A DNA stretch of 64,000 bases, taken from Octopus sinensis (taxonomy: Eukaryota). The translations under genes were made by a program, and so were the position numbers. The stretch covers positions 27,838,001 through 27,902,000 of the forward strand of contig NC_043006.1 in NCBI RefSeq assembly GCF_006345805.1, written 5' to 3'. The notes under the pieces were generated by a model that saw nothing but the letters and a program-made list of their open reading frames with translations, searched no databases and had not been told where the DNA came from. The first letter of the stretch is position 1; the number at the start of each line of letters is the position of its first letter. This document shows, piece by piece, positions 38,736 to 49,790 of this stretch.

Positions 38736-40094
38736 GGTTAAACTAAAGCGTTAAACCCGGTCAAAAAAACAAAAAAAAATTGTGTAATAGGTGTAAAACA
38801 ACATTCTCTAAACGAAAAAAAAATGCGCGCACGCGAAAGGGGAGTGGGGGAGAGGCCTCGGAAAATTCACATCGGGAATTTCCGAAAGCGTCTGAGGGGC
38901 TGACCCGGGCACAAAAACAATTAAAAGTAGTGTAATAGGTGTAAAAAAAACTTGCTCTAAACGAATATGATGAAAAAAATGCGCGCTCGCGAAAGGGGGG
39001 TGGGGGAGAGGCCTCGGAAATTTCACATCTTCAGTCCACGGCCTTTAAACTAAGAAAAAAATAGTGTAATTGGTGTAAAACTACTTGTTCTAAACGATTA
39101 TCAAGAACACACACTCACACATGAATCATAAACTCCGTATTTTTGTACGTATTTCGCAAAAAAAAAGAAAAATTAAATAAGAACTTGTTGGTACCAAGTC
39201 CATAGGCTTGTCAAAAGGAGCGGGAAATCCTCCACACCAGAAGATGGGATGAGTAAACACTGGTCAATGAAAGGTCAGTCTTTTGTCAAAGGACAGTTGT
39301 TTACAAGACAGTGATTGTTGGTACCAAGTTCTATTCAAGTCCAGGCCCCTAAGGTCAGTTGTTTCTCTGGGAAATCTCGGCTATACCCACTTTCGGATCA
39401 ACCACAGTGAAAATTTTGTTGATCCTACAAACGCGTCGGTGCACACACAGACGATAGAGAGATTGTGGGGGTCAGTTAAGAGATCAGTTGTTCGCCCAGG
39501 CATTCGTGCCTGTTACTTAAAGCAATACCTCTCTAGATTCCTATTTATGGAAAGCATCAAACCTGCTGCCAAGAAAATACACGTATTCTTATTGGCAGCA
39601 GCAAGTCTTTATCCTGGCCCGAGATAATTTTTTCCTCCAAACGCAACCCATCTCATTTCTTTATCATCACTGTCGATGGACCACTCACAGAGGTATGTAT
39701 ACACTATCATAAGATAATTTTTGTAGTATTTCAAGATGTTTCTGACACGCATTTTGATTCACATGGTGGAGATCCAACATTTCTTCTCTTTCTTTCTTTC
39801 TTTTTTTTTTTGCGAAATACGTACAAAAATACGGAGTTTATGATTCATGTGTGAGAGTGTGTTCTTGATAATTGATTAGAGCAAGTTGTTTTACACCTAT
39901 TACACTATTTTTATTTTTGTGTCCGGGTCAGACGCTTTCGGAAATTCCCGATGTAAATTTTCCGAGGCCTCCACCCCACTTCCCTTTCGCGTGCGCGCAT
40001 TTTTTTAAATATTCGTTTAGAGGAAGTTGTTTTACACCTATTACACAATTTTTTTTTTGTTTTTTTTTATCGGGTTTAACGCTTTAGTTTAACC
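38736..40094 (+). mobile_element. Merlin/ISXO2-type element, internally deleted, with modular inverted termini and a C-terminal transposase fragment
   Basis: TIR GGTTAAACTAAAGCGTTAAACCCG at both ends; subterminal repeats of about 130-155 bp; ORF 39283-39627 carries SDCW, GYTHFRINHSENFVDP and HTQTIERLWGSVKR. Confidence 0.8.
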
Positions 40095-40115
40095 AAAATT
40101 TGTTTGAAACACGGT

Positions 40116-40555
40116 TTAATTCCGGGCCGTAAAACTACCTCGGTTATATTTTACCAAAACTGCCTCATCAATTTCAACTGCGATCCCCGGCCCTCCAATT
40201 TGTGCTTGGCAATTTTCAACCCAATGAAGGCAAACTTCACAACAGAAAGATCGCCAATCAACAGACGTAGCAAGCATTATATCTAAATTTTCCATAACAG
40301 ATTTATATGACCAATCTTCTGTTAGGAAATAATTAATGAATAAAAGAACTTTCCACGGGGGTAAACGGCTTCGCTCTAAAAAGGTGTTCTTGAAGATAGA
40401 CACTGAAAATCCGCATTCTGTTTTCCTGTCTCCAACGACGAACCATCTTCATTCATCGAAACATATTAGTCCCATTTCGAACAACGCAAGGGGAATTACA
40501 TGTTGGGCAATTCACAAATGCGGGAACAACTCTATGTTGGCGGAAAAATTGTAAT
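40116..40555 (-). pseudogene. Merlin/ISXO2 transposase N-terminal half
   Basis: Zn-ribbon-like CPTC..ECGFSVSIFKNTF, then DWRSFCCEVC and IGGPGIAVEIDE..KYNRG, as in the IS1595/Merlin family. Confidence 0.8.
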
Positions 40556-40896
40556 GCCAAGTCATCATTATATCGAAATCTATAAACCCTGTCATACAAA
40601 CTTAAATCACAGGCAGTGCTGGATACCATCCTGATTTAGTGCTAATTAAAAGAAATTGAGTGCTCGTGTCGATAGGTCATATATTACCGTTCGGAAAAGG
40701 TCTCGTTTCATTAGTCAGTTGAAGTAAAGGTTATTGGTGACCAATGGTGATACGAAAATATTTTGAAAAGTTATTAGACAAGAAGTTGAAAATTTTGTAA
40801 CTGTTTTTTTTTTTTCTCTCAAATTGGAAAATATTATCGTTGGAAATAAAATCTCCACCAACAGAAAAAAAGAAAAATGTCTAAATTGAAAGTGAG

Positions 40897-41228
40897 CATC
40901 CTGTCACTAACCCTAACCCTCACCCTAACCCTCACCCTAACCAATAACCCTAAATTTTAGCCTATCGTTTTTTTCTTAATTGTTAAATTAATTTAAGGAT
41001 AACAATTAAGAAAAAAAAAATGAAGGCAATGGAAAATAATTTTAATTTAACAATTAAGAAAAAAAAATTAAAGGCTAAAACGAAAGCAAAAACTCAAAAC
41101 AAAAACAAAACGAATAATTTTAGACACACGCGTAACAATTAAATTAATTTAACAATCAAGAAAAAAAACCCGAAATGCTAAAATTTAGGGTTAGGGTGAG
41201 AGTGAGGGTTAGGGTTAGTGACAGGATG
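40897..41228. mobile_element. MITE with about 90-bp TIRs containing telomere-like CCCTAA/CCCTCA repeats
   Basis: CATCCTGTCACTAACCCTAACCCTCAC... at 40897 and its reverse complement ending at 41228. Confidence 0.75.
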
Positions 41229-41449
41229 TTGTCTCAGTTTTAGACGCAGCAAATGATTTTAGCTCAATAGAGGCAATTGATTGGTTAAAATTCGAAAAAT
41301 TAAACTACGTCAAACTTACAAATTACAATTTTCTCAAGAAAGTCAAGAGAAAAAAAATGTTTTATTTTGACACATTCTACCAGTATACGAAGTTTAAAAG
41401 TGTTTAGTTAACTAGAAATTGTGTTGAAAACTGCCGTTCAAAAAGAAAA

Positions 41450-43650
41450 GATCCGTCCCCTCTCGACCCAAAATAACATGGTGGTGGAACAATATTGTTG
41501 ACAAGGCTATTAGAGAAAAGAAACAGGCTTGGAAGGACTGGAAGAACGGTGGTAGCAGGGAATTGTATCAGACTGCCAGAAGGGAAGCTAGGAGGCAGGT
41601 TTATTTAGCCAGAGAGAAAGCAGATCAAAAAAATTTGCCAATGTTCTGCACCATGAGGACCAAAGACTTGAGGTATTTCGTGAGAGAGAATCATGATGTT
41701 GTAGGAGAGAAATGTGTTCGCATGGATGATGGTTCACTTGCGCTAAATGAGGCTGCAAAGAGAGAGGTTCGTTGACGCCACTATGAAAGGTGCTGAATAA
41801 AGAAAATGAATGGGAGAAAGAGAGACTGCCGAATGTCAACTCAACAGGGGGACCATCAACTGCTACAAAGGAAAAGGTGATGCTTTAGATACAAATAATT
41901 ACAGAGGTATCAAGTTGTTGGATCAGGTAAAGAAGGTCATGGAGAGGGTCATAGCCCAACTAATTAGAGAGAGAGTCAGTTTAGATGAGATGCAGTTTGG
42001 GTTCGTGCCAGGAAAAAGCACCACTGATGCTATATTACTGGTAAGACAGCTGCAGGAGAAATACCTAGCCAAAGATAAACCTCTGTACATGGCTTTTGTT
42101 GACATGGAGGAAGCCTTTGATAGGGTCCTCCCATCCCTTATCTGGTGGTCAATGAGGAAACTAGGGATAGATGAATGGTTAGTGAGAGCTGTGTGAGCTA
42201 TGTACAGGGACGCTGTCAGAAAGGTAAGGGTTGGCAACGAGTACAGTGAAGAATTCCGGGTGAAGGTAGGGGTCCACCAAGGTTCAGTCCTTAGCCCCCT
42301 CCTATCTGTCATAGTCCTCCAAGCAATAACAGAGGAATTCATGACAGTATGCCCCTGGGAGCTCCTCTATACTGACGACCTTGCTCTAATTGCTGAGTCC
42401 CTATCAGAACTAGAGAAGTTTCAGGTGTGGAAACAAGGATTAGAATCGGAGGGCCTTAGAGTCAACCTAGCTAAAACCAAAGTCCTAATAAGTAGGAAGG
42501 CAGGCAAACCACAAATCCCTCCAGGTAGATGGCCCTGCTCGATCTGTAGCAAAGGCATAGGTAGAAACTCCACAAGATGTAGCTAGTGTAAGCTATGGAC
42601 ACATAAGAGGTGCAGCTATATCAAAGGAAGGCTAATTAGGAAGATAGTTTTTGTATGTGGCAGATGCTCAAGAGCAATAAACACTGAAAATGTGCAGAGA
42701 ACAACTTCCGTTACATTCCAAGGAGAAAAATTACAAGTAGTTGATAGCTTCCGTTACCTAGGTGACCAAGTCAGTAGCAGGGGAAGGTGCGCTGAAAGTG
42801 TAGCTGCTAGAATAAGAATAGCCTGGGCAAAGTTCAGAGAGCTCCTACCTCTGCTGGTGACAAAGGGCCTCTCACTCAGAGTAAAAGGTAGACTGTATGA
42901 CACATGTGTACGAAGAGCCATGCTACATGGCAGTGAAACATGGGCTGTGACTGCTGAGGACATGCATAAACTTGCAAGGAATGAAGCCAGTATGATCTGA
43001 TGGATGTGTAATGTCAGTGTGCATATTCGAGAGTGTAAGTACCTTGAGAGAAAAGTTGGACCTAAGAAGCATCAGATGTAGTGTGCAAGAGAGACGACTG
43101 CGCTGGTATGGTCATGTGGCGAGAATGGATGAGGATAGCTGTGTGAAAAAGTGCCACACCCAAGCAGTTGAAGGAACCTGTGGAAGAGGTAGACTCAGGA
43201 AGACCTGGGATGAAGTGGTGAAGCACAACCTTTGAACTTTAGGCCTCACTGAGGAAACGACTAGTGACCGAGACTTTTGCAAATATGCAGTGCGTGAGAA
43301 GACCCGGCTAGCCAAATGAGACCATAACTTCGTGGCTTATGCCAGGGGCGTAACCAGCCCACTTATGCATACCTTTCCTTCATTGGACAATAAGCTCTGC
43401 TTGCAAAGACCTGTTGAGGCAAGTGAAATCGAAATCAAATTCGATGACTGGCATCCGTGCTAGCAGGGCGCAAAGAGCAAGAGCACCATTTGAGTGTGAT
43501 CGTTACCAGTATCGCTTTACTGGCACTTGTGCCCCGTGCTAATAGGGTACTAAGAGCACCATCCGAGCGTGATCATTGCCAGAGTGACTAACTGGCTTCC
43601 ATGCCAGTGGCACATAAAAGACACCATTTGAGCGTGATCGTTACCAGCGA
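41450..43650 (+). mobile_element. RTE-clade LINE, 5'-truncated and degenerate
   Basis: ORFs 41810-42196, 42200-42586, 42692-43000 and 43011-43235 give consecutive RTE RT motifs. Confidence 0.9.
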
Positions 43651-43654
43651 CGCC

Positions 43655-43852
43655 TTACTGGCACGGTGTGTTTAGGGTGGGAGGAGAAGTTGAGGTATGA
43701 GTGTGAGTCTGTGTGCTTGTAGTGGATGGAGGTGGTGAGAGTGGAGTGATGAATGCTGAGCGAAATGTCAAGAAAGGAGACAGAGGTGTCAGAGATAGTG
43801 CAGGAAAAGTGGAGGACAGGATGGAAAGATTTGACAAAAGAGAGGAAGGAGT
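43655..43852 (-). mobile_element. PLE RT fragment related to the 860-4310 element
   Basis: SFHPVLHFSCTISDTSVSFLDISLSI..HYKHTDSHSYLNFSSHP parallels SNFHPSLQFTSTISNTSVNFLDISLRI..FKPTDSHLYLNFSSSHP. Confidence 0.85.
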
Positions 43853-45808
43853 GGTTAATATAGGGCGTAACAAATATCAGAAAATCAAAAAAAAAATGTG
43901 TGTAATAGGTGTAAAACAACTTCCTATGAACGAATGTGAAAAAAAAAATTCGCGCATGCGAAAGGGGGGTGGGGGAGAGGCCTCGGAAAATTCACATCGG
44001 GAAGTTCCGAAAGCGTCTGAGGAGCTGACCCGGGCACCAAAACAAAAAAAAAATAGTGTAATATGTGTAAAACAACTTGCTCTAAACGAATATGAAAAAA
44101 AAAATGCGCTCTCGCGAAAGAGGGGTGGGGGAGAGGCCTCGGAATATTTATATCGGGAATTTCCGAAAGCGTCTGAACCGGGCACAAAAACAAAAACAAA
44201 AACAGCGTAATAGGTGTAAAACAACTTGCTCTAAACGACTATCATGAAAAAATGCGCGCTCGCGAAAGGGGGGTGGGGGAGAGGCTTCGGAAATTTCACA
44301 TCTTCACTCCACGGCCTTTAAACTAAGAAAAAATAGTGTAATTGGTGTAAAACTACTTGTTCTAAACGAGTATCAAGAACACACACTCACACATGAATCA
44401 TAAACTCCGTATTTCGCAAAAAAAAAATAATAAAGAGAAGAAATTCTGGAAAAAGTGAAGAAATGTTGGATCTCCGCCATGTGAATCAAAATACGTGTCA
44501 GAAACATCTTGAAATACTACAGAAATTATGTTACGAAAATGATAATGTATACATACCTCTTTGAATGGTCCATCGATAATGATGATAAAGAAATGAGTTG
44601 GATTTGAACTCAGAATATTGACTAACACAACTACATACTACAAGACTCAAAATATTCAGCCAAGTCACCACCCTTTAACTAGCAATAATAATAACATCAA
44701 TAACATAACAGCCAAAAGATTTATTTGTTCTGAAAATAACAATCATAGTAAATAAATATGTTCTTTAATATTCACATTCATGTGCACAGTTAAACACACT
44801 TACATACAAACAGTCACGCATGCATAATACAGAACGGAACACATAAATGAAGGATGCATTACTTAGTATATATTACATCTAGAGAATTTTGATTAATAAG
44901 TCAAATATGCAAATTATAAAGATAATTAATTGCTTTACTAAACAGTGTTGTAAAGGTGAAAAAATAAATTTGGGAAAAAAATACACGCCAAAACTAATTA
45001 ATAAAGGATAATTAGGGAAGGATTGACACAAAATAATAATTTTTTCTGTCTCTTTTTTTCTGATAAATGCATCTTAATAAGTGAAAAGAATTGCATATAT
45101 CTGAACTATTTCAAAGAAAAGCATAAATTTAATGTTTAAAATAGCTTTAACCAAGGAATGAGATCCAACATTTCTTCACTTTTTCCAGAATTTCTTCTCT
45201 TTATTTTTTTTTTTTGCGAAATACGGAGTTTATGATTCATGTGTGAGTGTGTGTTCTTGATACTCGTTTAGAACAAGTAGTTTTACACCAATTACACTAT
45301 TTTTTCTTAGTTTAAAGGCCGTGGAGTGAAGATGTGAAATTTCCGAAGCCTCTCCCCCACCCCCCTTTCGCGAGCGCGCATTTTTTTCATGATAGTCGTT
45401 TAGAGCAAGTTGTTTTACACCTATTACGCTGTTTTTGTTTTTGTTTTTGTGCCCGGTTCAGACGCTTTCGGAAATTCCCGATATAAATATTCCGAGGCCT
45501 CTCCCCCACCCCTCTTTCGCGAGAGCGCATTTTTTTTTTCATATTCGTTTAGAGCAAGTTGTTTTACACATATTACACTATTTTTTTTTTGTTTTGGTGC
45601 CCGGGTCAGCCCCTCAGACGCTTTCGGAACTTCCCGATGTGAATTTTCCGAGGCCTCTCCCCCACCCCCCTTTCGCATGCGCGAATTTTTTTTTTCATAT
45701 TCGTTCATAGGAAGTTGTTTTACACCTATTACACACATTTTTTTTTTGATTTTCTGATATTTGTTACGCCCTATATTAACCACGGAGTGGTTACGCCCTA
45801 TATTAACC
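43853..45808. mobile_element. Non-autonomous foldback element with near-perfect inverted arms of about 620 bp built from tandem modules (Merlin-associated)
   Basis: Arms about 43853-44480 and 45161-45781, TIR GGTTAATATAGGGCGTAAC, flanking direct repeat AAGGAGT. Modules are shared with 38736-40094. Confidence 0.85.
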
Positions 45809-45827
45809 AAGGAGTCATATATATATA

Positions 45828-45861
<34 letters not shown>

Positions 45862-46437
45862 CCTCCCTTCCCAATTCTACGGCCTCGGCCTTCAAGCAGG
45901 CTATCTACATGCTAGAAATACAGCCAAATCTCACAAACCTGCGATAACATAATGAACACCTATTATACTGGTTTTTTTTTCTTCTTAGTGACCGGGCGCT
46001 GCCGTGATACTTTTACTGTTTCACTCTAACGCCTACAGAAAGATAAAACAACTGTTCACTTTCACTTTTAGACAGCGGGATGACGGTGAGGGGGGGATTT
46101 TGGATGAGAGTTTTTGCATAAAAAATTTGAAATTAAAATTTGAATTTCTTTATTTTTTTCCATATTCTTCATCTCCGTATTTTCCCACATAGACTGATTG
46201 AAAAAAAGTCCGAAAAAAGTTATAAATAAAACATTAATTTCATGTGAATTACTGTGTCATATTACTGCTGGAAATTACTCTGAGAGAAATCTTTGCAGAA
46301 AGGTGTGTAGATTGATTACATATTTCTTTCATTATGTTATCGCAGTTTTGTGAGATTTGGCTGCTATTTCTAGCATGCTTGAAGGCCGGAGAATTGAAAA
46401 ATTCGTTTTCTACGCAGTGGTTAACCTACAGCAGGGT

Positions 46438-46822
46438 CTCTTTTACTTGTTTCAGTCATCTGACTGTGGCCATGCTGGAGCACCTATTTAGTCGAGCAAA
46501 TCGACCCCAGGACTTATTCTTTGTAAGCCTAGTACTTATTCTATCGGTCTGTTTTGCCGAACCGCTAAGTTACGGGGACGTAAACACACCAGCATCGGTT
46601 GTCAAACGATGTTGGGGGAACAAACACAGACACACAAACATACATATACATATATATATATATATACATATATACGACGGGCTTCTTTCAGTTTCCATCT
46701 ACTAAATCCACTCACAAGGCTTTGGTCGGCCCGAGGCTATAGTAGAAGACACTTGCCCAAGGTGCCACGCAGTGGGACTAAACCCGGAACCATGTGGCAA
46801 GCTACTTACCACACAGCCACTC
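46438..46822 (-). mobile_element. tRNA-derived SINE
   Basis: Full-length reverse-complement copy of the 23836-24240 family. Confidence 0.85.
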
Positions 46823-47485
46823 CAACGATTTTTTTTTTTTGTTAACGGGTGAAGATCTTTATATTAACCGAAATAAATATGCTCTTCCACAAATTCTCTG
46901 ACTCGAATAAATAAATCTATTAATAAGAAAATATACAAAATACGGTTATTGTTCAATTTTGGGATATTATGAAGTAAATAAAAATTAAGTGGGAGGTAAC
47001 TAGTAAGTCAACTTACTGTTAAGCAACAATTACTGTAGTAAGGTAACATAGCGAATTACAATTTTCGCACGTGTATAAATGCATAATTAGTCGAAGCCGT
47101 GATAACCACTGAAAAATCTTGTCTCGTGATCCGGCTAAATGGGTGATATCCCAAGATTAATTCACGGTTGATGATTTGAATTTCAGGAACGATGAATTGC
47201 GGTCCTGCTGGTCTTACACGTGTTATTCTGAGCAATTCCAAAGTAAATAATATATTTTTTTTGTAGCTTTACTAGTTATCTCCCCCTTAGTTTTTATTTA
47301 CTTTTTTATTACCACTTGACTGAACAGTTACTGAAAATACATGCATCCATATATACACATATACACGGAGAGGTTCTGGTGTAGCTGAACGAGAAGTATT
47401 GAGATAATTACAAATCGGTACTACTTGAGAACAGTGGCCCGGAAACGAAATTTGCTTGGGGATTCAAACTCAGGTCGGATCTGTT

Positions 47486-47714
47486 CTACTAAATGTCACC
47501 ACTCTGTTCTATTTTATTTTTGTTTATTGCCTGTGTTGTATATTACACTTTTTTTTTTGTTTTTTGCTTTTCGATCGCCTCTTTGTACGAGTGGTGAAAA
47601 CGCACATGAACAAAGAGGCGATCCAAAAGCAAAATAAATAAATAAATAAGCGTATAATATGCAACAGGGGCAGTAAAAAGAAATAAAATAGAACACAGTG
47701 GTGACATTTAGTAG
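47486..47714. repeat. Imperfect inverted repeat, arms about 100 bp, 23-nt loop
   Basis: CTACTAAATGTCACCACT..GCTTTTCGATCGCCTCTTTGT / ACAAAGAGGCGATCCAAAAGC..AGTGGTGACATTTAGTAG. Confidence 0.85.
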
Positions 47715-49116
47715 AGATGACCCAGAAGTTGTTGCTCTACGATTATTATCGCATACAGTAGCTTTCTTCAGCTGAATACACGTCGTTGATTGGTTAAAGT
47801 TACCCAAATACGACAATTAAACACGAAATTTTGTCAAGTAAACCGTGTTCAGCTTGAGAAATGACACCAGTATACGAAGTTTCAAACTGATTAGTTAAAA
47901 CAGAAATAATGATTAAAAAATCTGTGAGCGAAACTGAAGAGATCCCTTCAGGCCGATTTTTTTCCAACCCTAATATTCAAACAAACAGGTATAATAATAT
48001 TTTTTTTATTATTATACATGGAAAAGTAATGCTTCAAATCATTCCAAAAATTTTTCAACACTCGCTTGTTTTCGCGATGAAGTTTTTCAAGTGAATGTCT
48101 AAAGTCTTTTCATTGTACAAGATTTTATGTACATGCATTACAGCAGAGTGTGTCAGACGATGTTGCAGCATAATTTTGAGCCCAGCTCAATGTTTTAGCA
48201 ACAAAAATCATCCAGAATAACCTTAATGTCTCTGAAGTGAAGTCGGGAGAAAATCTTTTTGGACATCCTAGTTTTCTGAAACCTAATAATTGATTCGTGT
48301 TCCAACAGAGCAATTACATATAATACCAATAAATCTAGAATCTTCAACTTTTCTTTCTGATCTCATGTAGGGTGTTATGAGCATATACCTCTAAGATTTC
48401 ATTTTGTATGGTATCAAATAGGAAATTAACTCATTATTTAGGCCGCTGACTTCTGCACCACATTCTTTGGCAAATTCTATGAGATTTATAGTTTCCTGTG
48501 ACACATGTTAACATTCTCTTCAAAGATGGAACTAGAAACTTTTATCTTTTACTAAGGATATTCTTTGATCTTTCAACAATGGAACTGAATTGCTATTATC
48601 TTTTACTAAGGATTTCCTTAATTCTCTGATCATGAAAGTGCTAACCACTATTATTTTTCACTAAATATGTTCTTTAATTCTTCAATGAACTGGTAACTAA
48701 TATTCTTTATTAAAGTTATTCCTGAATTTTCTCTCTCCAAACACGGGATGACATATGATCCATGTGCTCAGCTATTCTAGAAACAACTATAAGAAATTTT
48801 ACGTATTATTTCTTAATCACTTATTTACTATAACTACTCTGCAGATATGTCTGGATTATAAATTACATGCTCTGAAGTGATACCACATATTTTACTTGTT
48901 CCCCTCACTTTCTAATAATATATCAGCCAGCTCAATGATGAACCACTTATAGCCATCTTTGACAAGTTGCTACAACACCTTCATTTCAGATGCTGTTCAA
49001 GCTGGAATTTTTGTGGTATACCAACCTGAGCACTTATAGTACATTATTACATTGTGTCATTAGACACAGGTTTTATTCAAAATATACATACATCTATATA
49101 TAACCAGTGCATCCCA

Positions 49117-49310
49117 GACAGCTTGAAACATCAATGAGGTGTTTGGTGAAGATGTGGCAAATGAGCACATTGTATGTCGATGGTTTGAGAAGTTCTAGTC
49201 TTGTGATTTTACTCTTGAAAATCAGCCTCATGGTAGACCTGTGGCCAAAGTGTATAATGATGAGCTGGAAACTGTAGTGGAAGTGGATACATCTCAAACT
49301 ACATGTGCGT
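49117..49310 (+). mobile_element. Mariner transposase N-terminal fragment
   Basis: NINEVFGEDVANEHIVCRWFEKF*SCDFTLENQPHGRP..DELETVVEVD matches the Mos1/SETMAR-type HTH region. Confidence 0.8.
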
Positions 49311-49790
49311 GGTCTGGGGTCATAATGGAAACTAGCTTGTTTTCTGCACAACCTCAGGTCACATGATGTAGATGTATGCATTGTAACTGAGTCCAAGATG
49401 AGTGGACTACAAGCATTCTCGTCTCTCTTGAATGGCTATGAGAAATTTATTTCTCCTAGCTGACAAGGAGGGAGAGCACATGACAGTCTTATTCAGGAAC
49501 AACTTGGATGTACAGGCAAGTACAGTCTTCCTGGACCCAGAAGGTAGGCTAGTTGTCCAAGATGTGACCCACATGAGTATACAGTCCTTCAGATTGGTAG
49601 CTGTCTACGCTCCTAAGGAGGGTAGGCAGTCTGGTTTTTATTGAGACCTGGAGCACTTTCTAATGACGTCAAAATGATAGTTCTGTTAGGTGACTTTAAC
49701 ACTATCTTCGATGCATGAGTGAATAGTGTTGGCTTGACTGATAGGAAGGGAAACCCTAACCTCAAGGGTCTGCTAGAGAGCTATAATCTA
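49311..49790 (+). mobile_element. L1/Tx1-type APE endonuclease remnant
   Basis: DVCIVTESK..DPEGRLVVQD..FRLVAVYAP..LLGDFN. Confidence 0.7.

Noticed and set aside
39015-39035. CTGAAGA-TGT-GAAA on the - strand in the modular repeat
   Set aside because: Only 3 nt between the core halves, so no stem II is possible; other copies read GTGAAGA.
38760-45760. Regularly spaced repeats suggestive of a CRISPR-like array
   Set aside because: The units are 130-155 bp with no unique spacers, form the arms of transposon inverted repeats, and lie in a eukaryotic context with no cas genes.
43713-45861. ORFs of 91-165 aa occurring as mirrored pairs
   Set aside because: By-products of the inverted modular repeat; no recognisable domain.
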